DNA of 64,000 nucleotides from Lama glama. Lineage: Eukaryota. Shown piece by piece: positions 37,588 through 49,221 of this stretch. A program made the position numbers and the translations under genes. The notes under the pieces were generated by a model. It was not told where the DNA came from. It ran no database searches and was given only the letters and a program-made list of their open reading frames with translations. Positions within the stretch are counted from its first letter, which is position 1, and every line of letters begins with the position of its first letter. Location of the stretch: assembly GCA_028534125.1 (NCBI GenBank), contig CM052816.1, positions 20,338,001-20,402,000 of the forward strand. The letters are read 5' to 3'.

Positions 37588-39092
37588 TGTTCTGAATTTT
37601 ATGTGAAAATGGTAAGGACCTAGAATAGCTAAAACAATTTGAAAAGAGGAGAAAAAGTTGGAGGACTTACACTCCCTGATTATAAGACTTACCATAAAGC
37701 TGCTGTAATCATCATGGTGTGGTATTGGCATAAATGTAGACATAGAGATCAATGAACCAGAGTAGAGGCTAGAAATAGACCCCTGCACATGTGGTCAATT
37801 GATTTTCAACAATGATGCCAAGTTAATTCAAAGGAGAAATGATAGTCTGTTCAACAGAAATGATAGGGCTGGAACAGCTGGATACTCACATGGAAAAAAA
37901 ATGATCCTCAACTTTTACTTCATGTCGTATACAAAAATTAACTTAAAATGGATCATAAACCTAACTGTAAATGCTAAAAACTATAAAACCTCCAGGAAAA
38001 AAGTGGGAGAAAATCTTCATGACCTTGGGATATGCAAAGATTTGTAGAAAACAAAAAACACTAACTAGAAAAAATAAAATTGATACATTTGATTGCATCA
38101 AAATTAAAATAATCTGATCTTTTAAAGACACTGTTAATGAAATGGAAAGTCAAGCCACAGATTGAGAGAAAATACTTTAAATATGTATTTCTGATAAATA
38201 ACTTCTATTCAGAATATATAAAGAACTCTTAAAAATCAACAGTAGAAAGACAAACAATCTAATCTTTAAAAGGACAAAGGATTTGAACAGATGATTCACA
38301 CACACACAAATATGTGAGCAGCCAATAAACACATGAAAAGCTACTCCATATTATTTGTCACTAGGCAAATGCAAATTAAGACTGCAAGGAGATACCACTA
38401 CATGTACATTAGAATGGCTACAGTTAAAATAATACCATGTTGGAGAGGATATGGAGCAACTGGAACCCTTATACCTTGTTGGTGAGAGTGTACAATGGGC
38501 CAACCACTTTGTAGAATAGTTGGTCAGTTTTTTATGCAGTTAAAAGTACATTTACAATAAGATCCATCAATTCCACTTCAAAGTATATAACCATGTAAGG
38601 TGAAAACATACTCGTCCTAAAACTTGTACATGGAAGTTCATAGCAGCATTATTCATAATAGTTAAATGCTGGAAACAATCCAAGTATATGTCAGCAGGAT
38701 AAATTGTGGTATATCCACACAATGGAATACTACTCAGCAAGAAAAAGGAATGAATTATGGTACATGTAATGACATGGATAATGCTCAAAAACATTATGTT
38801 GAGTGAGAGTAGGCAAGACAGCCAAGAATACATATTTATTTAAATGAAGCTCTGGAAAAGACAGATCTAATCTATGGGCACAGAAAGCAGATCAATGTTT
38901 GCCTGAGGTTGGTGGGATTGACTAGGGTGGGACAGTAGGGAACTTTTCACTCTGATGGAAACATTCTATATTTTGACTGTAGTTGGCAGTTTACATGAAT
39001 GTAAAAATTTGTCAAAATTCATCAAAACATATGTTTAAAATAGATGCATTTTATTGTTTGTAAGTTGTACCTCAGTAAACTTAATTAAAAAC
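37588..39092 (+). mobile_element. L1 (L1MB/L1MC/L1ME-type) ORF2 C-terminus plus 3' UTR, degenerate
   Basis: 'tagaatagctaaaacaatt..ggaggacttacactccctgat..gtgtggtattggcat', 'gcagcattattcataatag', 'acaatggaatactactcagcaa', end 'gtacctcagtaaac'; many stops and frameshifts. Confidence 0.92.
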
Positions 39093-39539
39093 AATATAGT
39101 ACAAAGCACATTTTAAAAAATTCAACATATTTCATTCTAATGCAATAATAATAATATTGTTTTGAAGAGAAAAAGATATTTCTCTCATGGGCCTCTTTGG
39201 AACTTCTGAAGTTAGTGCCCTTTCAGGAGTGTTGGCTGTGATAATGAACTCCCAGGGCTTGCTCTTCAAATGGGAATCAGAGAAAACCATTTATAGGCCA
39301 GAGAGTGGCTGCCTGTAGAGTCACTCTGGCTGAGGACACTCTGACTTTAAGACCGGGTAGAGGATTTTCCAAAAAGCCAACTGGCCAAGGAACAGATACA
39401 TCGAATGATGTATGGGTTTGGAAGATCTTATTCCAATTCAGTAATTTATCAAGTGTTCTATCTACAGTTTCCCCTTTTAAAAAATGGAATTGGATTTTGT
39501 GATCCATGAAAGTTAATATTTGGGATTGATGTCCATTTG

Positions 39540-39665
39540 ACGATAAGCCTTATGAGGGAAGGGGCTCTGTGGTTCTTGCTTACTGCTGTGTTTCCAGTGC
39601 TTAATGGAGTGTCCAGCACATTAAGAGATCTTAATGAAGATTCTTTGGATGATTGTATGAATATA
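39540..39665 (+). mobile_element. L2 3' end
   Basis: 'taagccttatgagggaagggg..ttgcttactgctgtgtttccagtgct..cagcaca'. Confidence 0.6.
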
Positions 39666-39702
39666 TGATGTCAGGCTTCAAATAATGAATAAGTTTGTTC
39701 TA

Positions 39703-39913
39703 TATATTAGTCAAGATACAATAGGTTATGCTGCAGTAACAAACACCTCCTAGAGCTCAGTGTGACTACATGACAAAAGTTTATCTTTCCCACAGAACTA
39801 GTTACATGGCTCAGCCTGACTGCAGGGGGGCTGGGAAACACAATTTTTCCTGTTCCCAGACAAGGAGGAATGTGAAGTGAGATTTGGTAACCACATAGCA
39901 TGGTTTCTGCTAC
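39703..39913 (-). mobile_element. MLT1J-like LTR, internally deleted
   Basis: 'tattagtcaagata..ggttatgctgcagtaacaaac' and 'gttacatggc..cctgactgcagggggctgggaaa..tctgctaca'. Confidence 0.7.
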
Positions 39914-41824
39914 ATTAACTCTAGAGTAGGCTAAGTCTCTGCCGATGGCCTTAGGATTTTGGAAAAGTGAGCCTTGTGTGATGCGAACACAAGTCTTCCT
40001 GATGGTCTCCATCACTTGTGCTTTTATACTTTAGCTTGGGCAGTTCCTTCCTGCTGGAATGCCCTCCATTTTTTTGTTGGATGAGCTGAAATTCTGATCC
40101 ATTCTGGGATGTTCAGAGTTACTTCTTCCAATGATCCGTTCCTGGTCCATAGCCATGATTAACTGTACCTGTGTTTGCTTGTGTAAAGGCACTTGATCCA
40201 GCACTTGGTTTTATAGAATCACATGGTTTCTAAAGATGCCACGTATCTAAGGATTGTTTCCTCAATTGGTCCATAAACTCATAGAGAGTTGGCATGGTTC
40301 TTCCTTCTGCTCTTTCATCCAGCGGGGGACTAAGCACAAGGTGAGTGCACAATACATTTGTGTTTTTGATAGACATTGGTTGAACAACCAATGGGAAGCA
40401 CCCACTCTGTGGAGCTGAACAGCCCAGGTTTTACAGGTGTGGGCTGTGTCTGGTTCTCCCTGCCACTCTTCTCACAAAGTCTTCCATGATTTGATGTGGG
40501 GCAAGTATTTATTCATTCATCCCACACTGCCCAGTTCCCATTGAGTAAAACCAAACCAGAGGAGCCCTGAAAAATAGTGTCCTGTGGGCTATGGCTGCTT
40601 GTCCTCTGAGAAATTTAAGAGCTTTGGCCCCAGGTCCCTTCATTACCAGCCTAAGTGATGTTAATCTCCCCCTTTTCCCCTACGTCTAGGCTAGAGCATA
40701 ATGAACAAAAGGCTTAATCACTCTGGTATCAAGATATTCCTTTCCATCTGTGCAAATGTTCTTGGGTGTGTAATGTGAACATGCTGCACTCATTTGGAGC
40801 CATTGTTCTCTCTAAATGAGAAAATGCAAATGAGGCACTCAGGGTACCACGCCATAACTCTCCGCATAAAATTCTTGACATCAACATGAAGCTACTTAGC
40901 ATAATTTTCCTGTTAATAAACTGCCAATTTAGTCATTTAGGTTTCAGCTTCTAAAGAATGCAACAGCATCAGGCTGGATTTTTTTTCCCCCCATATATGC
41001 CTGAGTTTATTATTTTGATGTTTATGTTAAAACAGGAAATTGGAGTTTATGTGATTATTTGGAGATCTTCTACCCTAATTTGTTTACTTTCATAATTCAG
41101 GGAATCTTTGCTCATTTGAAAGGCAAAGCATAAGTTTTCAGAGCATTTTCTTCTATTCAGGACAAAATTTCCATATTTAAAATGACTGAGGAACATTTTG
41201 AGGATGTGAATGAGTAAAGTCTGTCCTGAAGGCATCAAATAAGGGGGCCAGGCCTCCCCTGGCCCCAGGTGGAGATCCCAAAGGAGACAGGAAACTCCAG
41301 GGCTTGACTGAATGCTTGGAGGTGCCCAGGATTCCCTGTCGGTGGGGAGGTACCGTTTCTGGAGCCCTGCTCCCACCGCCATGCTCTTTACTGTCCTGGC
41401 TAAGGTCCAGCCATGCCAACTTCCTTGCTGGTCATTTACCTCCCCATTCAGGGAGTATCCACTGTGTGCCTACTATGTGCCAGTCATGGACGTCATGCTG
41501 GGGTAACACAAACACTAATGGGGGAGACAGTTACTCAGTGAATCATATGACCACGAGTTAAAATGCAAAGCAGGGGAGCTATGGCACTCTGGGAGGGCAA
41601 AGCAAGCATCTGACTGAGGTCCCGGCTTCAAGAGCTCACAGTCAAGATTTACTCACGTAATCACAACTTGGCAGGCATTTTATGAAGCTTAAATTATCCG
41701 CCAAGTTTTTCTAATTCTCCAGGTTGTTGTGAAGTATAGGCACATCCCATGAGATATTTTTGACCTTCCCACGTCAGCTTCTGTTTGAGACACCAGAGCT
41801 CTTGGTGAGATCGCTGGAGGGCAG

Positions 41825-42040
41825 GCCAGTCTGGCTGTTAGGAGCATGGGCTTCTGGATTAGGCAGCAGGGCCTAATCCAGATTCTAACTGGTCTGTATC
41901 TCTTCTCAGGCGTGCATCTTGGCTCTCCCGTTTGTAACATGAGTAGCTGAGTCACAGAGTTGTTGGAGGGTTAAATGCGAGGGTGGAGCACAGTCCTTGG
42001 TACGTGGAAGGAGCTTGATAAGTCGTGGTTGTTATTCTCT
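41825..42040 (+). mobile_element. MIR SINE
   Basis: 'ttaggagcatgggcttctgga', 'cacagagttgttggagggttaaatg', tail 'cacagtccttggtac'. Confidence 0.7.
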
Positions 42041-43664
42041 GTTCCCTGAGAGAAGAGATCATGTTGAACAAGAGCTGTCTGGTATTTTTGTATCTCTCCC
42101 GTGTCTGGGCCAGAGCAGTCCTGTGGAGCTGCCTCTGACCATCTCTGATCATACCATTATTGTATGATTCCAGCGTGGAGCCCAGCTGGGCCCCTGCTGC
42201 TGTTTCCAGTTTCTCACCTTTTCTGTGGATAAGTGAGCAAGGGTCTGCTAGAAGCAGGCCCCTCCTGGAGACTGCCTTCTTACTGTGGAAAAGGTGGCAG
42301 CGACTCTCTCTGGGTCTCCATGGGGGTTGGTGTCCAGGCACCCTCAGTGGGCTGGTGTGTAGGATAACGGATGCCTGCAGGCATACCCTGTCCACCCCAA
42401 TGAAGCAGGAAGGGCTGAGATGGCTTCCCCTTGGCTACTTCCCTGATTTCAGTGTTGGAAGAAAACAAGCCATCCCATCGCACCTAGTTTGGCTGTTTAT
42501 CTTCCCTTCTCTGAAGTCCTCAGATCTTGCTCAGGCAGGGAGATCAAGGACTCAACACGCCCACCCTCTCCCGGCCCCCATCCGGGACCCAGCAGGTGGG
42601 GATGAAAGGTCCCTGGTAGGGGATTGGCCTGGACCAAACAGGGCGGGATGATGGAATGACCCCCCAAAGCTGTCTGGTAGCCAGCTCGAGCTCATGTTCC
42701 TTGATTGAGTGCATCTATCCTGTCTTCTTGGGAATTCTGCAGGCTTTTGTTACCTTTCTTTTAATCCAGCTTCTGTGTGTCGCCATTCTGTGCTGCTTTC
42801 TACAGTGCAAAGGCAGCTTCAGTTGGCTCTGGACCTGCAGGGAGGGTAGCCCGGCAGGCTTAGGACAGCTGAACCCAGGCAGGGGAGGAAGATCCTGAGT
42901 TATTGCCTCCCCATCAGATCACGCACTCTGCTTTGCTTTTTTATGGATTTGTCCAAAGCAAATGGTGGAGTGATTATGCCAATCTATCATTTATTCTTTG
43001 TTCCTTCTAATAATTAGCAGAGTTTCTATGTTCACATTTAAAAACATAAGCTAAAAATAAATATATCTTTATAATTTTTAGTTTTAAGTTTTTGAGAGAA
43101 AGTCTCAATAGAAGCTTTTCTTCACCCCTCGTTGTGGATTTTGTCCCTGTTTTGAGTGGAGTTACAGAGGCCTTTGTCTCTATTACCTGTTATTCTTGGA
43201 GAGCCAAGACCTCTGCATGGATTTATTTCTAAAATATTGATTGAAATATTGATGTTAAGGGTAGAACATAATTCTACCCTCCCAGTGAGTTTCAGACACC
43301 AGGTTCTTCTACGCTCATCTGTCTTCAGCCAGGGGCAGAGAAAGATGGGGGGCAGCTGTGAGAACCATGTATAACCCAGGGGGTGTCTTCATGTGCCGCT
43401 GTTGTCGGGTGGCAGCCATGCCTGCTGGGGCAGGAGCCTGGCCGAGCACCACTGGTGGGATCCAGCCTCCCCCCTACCTTTCCCGACACCTGCACAGACT
43501 CATGGGCCTTGACCTTCAAAGGCCCTCCTAGGAATCCTGACCCTCCTGCTGACTGGGCTTTGGGTTGCAGTCTGCTCTGAAGGTCTCCAGGACAAACCTA
43601 AATGGAGTGATTCTCTTTTAAATGGTCTACACCAGCCTCTGGTGTTTCTCAAAGTGAAGCTTTA

Positions 43665-43850
43665 CTTCACAGCCAGGCACTGCCCTAAGGGCTTTATGTA
43701 TGATAACTCATTTAATTCCCATTTGACAGATGTTGAGACTGAGCCTCAGGGCACTTCGGTAGCTTGTCAGCTCACACAGCTGGTGAGTCTGGCGGCGGGG
43801 ATTTGAACCCAGGACCTGGCCCTAGAATCTGCGCTTTCGGCCCACCCTGC
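43665..43850 (-). mobile_element. MIR SINE
   Basis: 'gccaggcactgccctaagggcttta..cccatttgacagatg..actgag..ggatttgaacccagg'. Confidence 0.8.
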
Positions 43851-44269
43851 AGGACTGCAGAGAGGGCCACCCTTCCCATGAGCAGGGGCATCGCAGACAA
43901 GCTGTAGCGGGCAGGCTGACTCCACTCCTCTTCCAAGCCCACCAGGCCTATTTGTGAAGTGCCACTCTTGCCGTGTCGGTACCGGGACGGTGTCATTGAT
44001 TTTAGTGGCATTTCATTCGCAAGAGCCTGTCTGGAGCTATGCTCTGGGATTTACTCTCCTCACATCCATTAGAGCTAATGGGAAGCGTCTGCATAGATCA
44101 TGAGTGGTGACGGGGAGTTACGACTCTGCGTTGCCCTTGATGCATTTTAACTGCCAGCTCTGAATCCAAACACTCACCCTCTCTAGTTCTCACGTATTCT
44201 TGTGTGTCTCAGTTGTTGGTTTTCTTGGGGAGGTGCTGGTTTGGGTAGAAAAGTCCCAAGGACTGGGCT

Positions 44270-44400
44270 GGATATTTTCTAGCTGTGTGACCGTCGGTAA
44301 GTTATGCCACCTGTCTGAGCTTACTTCAGTTTTCTCACCTGTAAAATGAAGAGAACACCTGGGTGTGCTGTTTTGAGAAGAGTTAAAGCCCCAAGCTTAG
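44270..44400 (+). mobile_element. MIR SINE core
   Basis: 'ctagctgtgtgacc..aagtta..cttcagttttctcacctgtaaaatg'. Confidence 0.75.
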
Positions 44401-45049
44401 CAGATGTCAGCAGTCCCTTCCTTTCCACCATTTCTCCTCCCAGCACAGGGGATGCCAGAGAGGTTGTGCTGCTCTTTGTTACCCAAATTCTCTGGCTGAG
44501 AGAACTGCCAGGCATCCACGTGGAGCTTAGAAGCGAGCGTGGCTCTGTGCCCACAGTGCAGATAGAGGCCATGGCTGCTTCTGTCCACTTGCTCATTTGT
44601 ACCTGCATTTGTTTGTTCAGCCATTCATTCTGAAGGTTTATATTGTTTTCAACAGTATTTATTGAAGTTTTGGCACAGAAGTGAGGCAGTCGTATCCTTG
44701 TGGTATGAAACTTTGGTGGTTCCTTGGCTCTCACTGACCAGATGGTCCTGAGCTACTCAGTGGCCTGCAGCCCACAACCTGGGCCTGCGAGCCTGGTTCT
44801 TTGCCTGTTTGCTTGTGCGTGTACCATTTTTTGTAGAAGCCAGGTGCCCAGGTCCAGGTGATGCTTTTTGGGCACCTCTGTATGGTCAGGCTGGGGCTGA
44901 AGGCTGTGTGTAGACAGCGGATGAGAAGGGAGAAGATGTGGCCACCGCCCCAGGAAGGTGGGCTTGTGCCCCACGAGCATTGCACAAGTTCATGTGCATC
45001 TGATGGGTGACCCCGAGGGGCCAGGCTGAGGAGGATGAGCAAAATGATA

Positions 45050-45170
45050 CTTATACGACTTACCATCCAAACTGGGACACCTGAATGACAGGGAGCACTA
45101 TTAATAATTACAACAGACAGGAGGTGTAAACCAGAGCTGGCTCAGGTAAACTGGCACATCTGGTCTCCCA
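45050..45170. mobile_element. MER94-like hAT-Blackjack MITE
   Basis: 'ttaccatccaaactgggacac..gcactattaataattac..gtaaac..aaactggcacatctggtc'. Confidence 0.65.
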
Positions 45171-48100
45171 TCACGTCAGGCTGGGAGGTGATGGAAGGCT
45201 TGATGCGGAGGGGAGTCCAGCCTAAGCCTGACAGAGGAAAGGATTTGGTTCAGATTGCAAACCCCTAGGGAGGGATGGTGTGGTCAGATGCAACCAACTG
45301 TTCTAAAGGTGAGCACTACTTTGGAGGGTCTGCTTCTCTCTTTTTCTAAGGAATAGGCATTGGGGAGGGCTGATGGCTGATGCTGGTCACGTGCACCACC
45401 TTCCCAAGTGTCGGGCTGGAGTGCAGAGCCCCGCCTCCTGGGTGCTGCTCCCTGAGCCCCTCCATGTCAGCCTCAGTTCTTACTTAAGGCCCTGGACGCA
45501 GGTCTTCCTGGAGTGCAGAGCCGGGAAAGAGATGTCCCCAGACTCTGCAGGCTTGTTTCTAAACTCCAAGTCTTTCTGGTCTTCCTGCCAAGCATGCCCC
45601 AGGGAGAGTACATCCATTCCACAAATTTACCGAGACGTGTCAAAGCCCCTTCATCACCAACACAATATAAATAAAATTGATGGCCTACATAAGGTGACTG
45701 GATAGCCACCCTCTCAAATGGCTCTTTTGAGCTGGCGGAGGCATGAGCATTGTGGGTCAGGCTGCTGTGTCGGAAACCTATTCACCGTGGGGTCTCTGGC
45801 CCTTCAGGTGACTTGAGACGGGACCTCTGGGCAGTGAGGGAGGAGCAGAAGGGGGACAGTATGATTAGGGCAAGTCACTGTCCTAAGAAGGTGGACATAG
45901 GAGCTTCTGTGTCCTGCTCTGAAACACTGTGGAGTGGTCCAGGCCATTGCTCAGTGATGCCAAGCATGCCTGATGGCTGCATCATTGTATTTCATCAGGG
46001 AAAATAAACATCTCTGAAAGTGCCCTTTCTGCTGCTGAGGAGGAAAAATATACTGAGGAAAACATACTGAAGGAGCCAGTGTTTTTAGAATAAGTGAAAC
46101 CAGTCCTTGTAGAGCTCATATCTCAAGCAGAAGTCAAATGTGGAGTTGGTACCTAAAGGAGAGAACGTGGTTTATCTGACAAAACTGCCAGCTGGTGTCT
46201 CAAGATTGGAGCTGATTCTAGTGAATAAATGGGCTCTTACTTGGGGGGAATGTTTGGTCCAATCACTATAAAAACCCTCATTTTCTCCCCTGTCTCCTCA
46301 GCTCCTCCTAAAGTGGTCAAAATGGGTTTGACATGCGTGGTCTGTAATCTGGAAAGATTTCCTTTGGCCTGTTTGTAACAGCTGTGGTTCACATTCATAT
46401 TGGACTCTTGTCTAAAGTGTGTAGAATGATTTGTAAACCATATCCCTTTTTTAATGCTCTGGGGAAGTTTGTTATGCATTGATATGATCATTGATCATGA
46501 CGGGGTATTTATCATGTGCCTACTGTGTGCCAGAGGCTGCTGGGGGAGAATGTGGAGGCGAATGTGACCATCCGGGTCCTCTTCTCATGAAAGAGGCTTT
46601 CTAATGGAGGAGAGAGCCTTTGCCAGCTTTCCTTGCCCTGGAAATTAAGGCCGGTTTGAGTGTTCCCCCAACCTTATCTCAGGGAGACCCAGACCAAGGT
46701 GATCTCTCCCCTGCCTTGTGTTTGGGCCAGACTGAGTGGTCAGTTCCCAAATTTTAAAAGGGGAGAATAACCAGAGATTGTGACCATGTCAGGACACAGA
46801 TGCAGCTCCTTGGACTGTGTGTGGGTGGAGCTCTCTGCAGGGTCTTCTGTGGTCCCATGGTCTCTCCCACATGCCAGGTACCACGAGCTGATGGTTGTGA
46901 GGAGCCTGTGGAGTGAGGTATATTGCTGCAGTGGAGCAGGGTGGTTCCCAGGCCTGGGAGGGGCAGCAGTCAGGTCCATGGGTCTGATTCAGTGTCTCAG
47001 GTCCAGCAGTGAGGTGGCTGGTAGATAACAGGGGCACATATCCATGGACGGGCTGCCTGGGATGTGGCCCTACTGTAGCCCCACCCACTTTGAAATGAGC
47101 AGAGACCCACCAGATGGCAGATGGGGAAGATCAGAGCAGAGCACCCTGCTCTGGAAACCTCCCTTGAGGGGGCAGTCAGGGCCCAAATAAATGCAAACCA
47201 CCTCATTTTTAAGGGATAGATGCAACCTGGACATCACTGTCACATCTTTTCCCCACCCTTCCTTCTTTCTTTCCTCCCTCCCTGCCTCCCTCTCTTTCAC
47301 TTCTTTTCTCTCTATCCCACAGCTATTTGCTGACAGTAACATGCACCCGGCTCTGTTCTAGGCACTGGGGACACATCCCAGATGTCAGGGAAACCACAGA
47401 CTGGTTTCTCTTTCTAACCTGACAATCAGACATGCCTGTCGGAGCACAGATGGGGAAAGACCCCAGATGTGCTGCTGTGAGCCGGGAAACCTCCCCAGTT
47501 ATGCCGGGGCATAAAGCGGTACCTGAGGCTGGGGTTCAGGGAAGGTCTGTGCCGACCACGGTCTCCAGGAGGAAGCAACGAGGGTCCATTCTAGAGCCCA
47601 GCCAAGGGCCGAGCCTGTGTCAGGGCTGCTGGGTCTGCCCCCACCCTCCGCCGACCTGTGCAGCTCTACAAACACTGCTGCCTGGCCGCACCTGGGGATG
47701 TTGCTGTCACTGGTCTGGGATGTGGCCCGAGCCCTGGGAGTTTCAGAAGCCCCTCAGTTGATTCCAATGCTCCTAATGAATGTGCAGGTGAGAACCACTG
47801 GTCTGAGGAGGAGGGAGGTTTGAGTGAGTGCGGAGAGAGGAGGAAAGCCGCCAGTTCTGAAGAACTAAATGCGGTGAGGAGGATGAGAGAGAGCCTCAGG
47901 GGAGGAGGCCGGGACAGCCAGGTGAGGGGGCTGTGGATGGGGGAGGGGGTTACAATGAAAAGAGTCCTGGGGGGGCTTGGTAGGGTCAGGAGGCAGGGCA
48001 GGGTGGGAGGGAAGAAGGGGAGGGGCGGCCGTGGCAAGCAGGGAAGACCGAGGAGGTCCAGGCGAGTTGTGGCCAGACCCTGAAAGACATCTCATATGCT

Positions 48101-49045
48101 CGGACTGGTGTCAGGCACAGCTGCAGGGCAGCCCCTTGCGGTAGGCGCCCCCCAACCTGGTACAGCTCCCCAGGAGGGAGGACGGCTGTGTGAGAGGTGA
48201 AGGGCAGGGCCCGCTTCACGTCTCCCTAAGAAAGGAGACCTGACAGGGCCGTGGTGGTGCTTGTTTCACAGAGCAAACAGCTGCCTTTCCCCTCTTTGGG
48301 TCCAGGGGAGACTTCTCGGGTTTGCCTCGAGGAACACAGGGCTCGGTGGCTCCTTACTATGGATGAGGGTGCCCCTCTGGTCCACCCACCCCCAACTATG
48401 AGCCATATGTAGCTGAGGGCTGTCTTTGGACACACCTCTCAGTGGCTTGGAGGATTCCTTCTGGCCTCTTACACTGTCTCCTCTAGAGAAACTTCTGTTG
48501 AGTGCTCAGAGCACAGTGTCCCAAGGCCAGCTCACTTCATCCTTGAGGCTGTGAGTGGGGTGAGGACTTGCTCAAGGCCAGTGGCAGAGGCAGGACTCAA
48601 ACCCAGGGCCTGGGGCTCCAGGACAGGCTGTGGAGATGTTTTCTGAGCCAACTGTAGCCTTTCTTCTCCATGTGAATCATTCATTTTCCCCAACTGTTTG
48701 GCGCTGTTTGGTTTTATTGTTGCATTTAGGTCCTGGGAGATGATTACGTTCCATGAAATAGCATGATTGATTGACCTTTTGAAATGTCAGAAGCTACTTC
48801 CCGGCTCTAGGGGATTTTGTGGGCTTCATCAGCCCTTGCCTCCGGGACCATGTGAGTAAACCTCTTCCATAATTGGCCAGACAGCAGTGAGAGAGGGGCT
48901 TCCAGTGGGCCAGGGAGCTTGGCAACTGCTCACAGGCTGGATCCTGGAAGAGCTGGGGCACAAAATCACCCCAGTTATTTAAACAAACCCGGATTGAGTC
49001 AGGGAACAGAGCAGCAGCGGGAAAGCGCTGTGAGTCAGCACATCG

Positions 49046-49221
49046 CCTGATCTGAGGGGGCGCTAGCGCAGTCCCCTGGCACCCTCCTTCCTGATCTGAG
49101 GGGGCGCTAGCGCAGTCCCCTGGCACCCTCCTTCCTGATCCGAGGGGGTGCTAGCGCAGTCCCCTGGCACCCTCCTTCCTGATCTGAGGGGGTGCTAGCG
49201 CAGTCCCCTGGCACCCTCCTT
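49046..49221. repeat. GC-rich minisatellite, 4 x 44 bp
   Basis: Unit cctgatctgagggggcgctagcgcagtcccctggcaccctcctt starting at 49046, 49090, 49134, 49178; units differ at only two C/T positions. Confidence 0.97.

Noticed and set aside
37799..38047. 82-aa ORF resembling L1 ORF2p
   Set aside because: Fragment of a dead L1, not a host gene.
49046..49221. CRISPR-like array
   Set aside because: Head-to-tail units with no unique spacers, no cas genes, and eukaryotic context.
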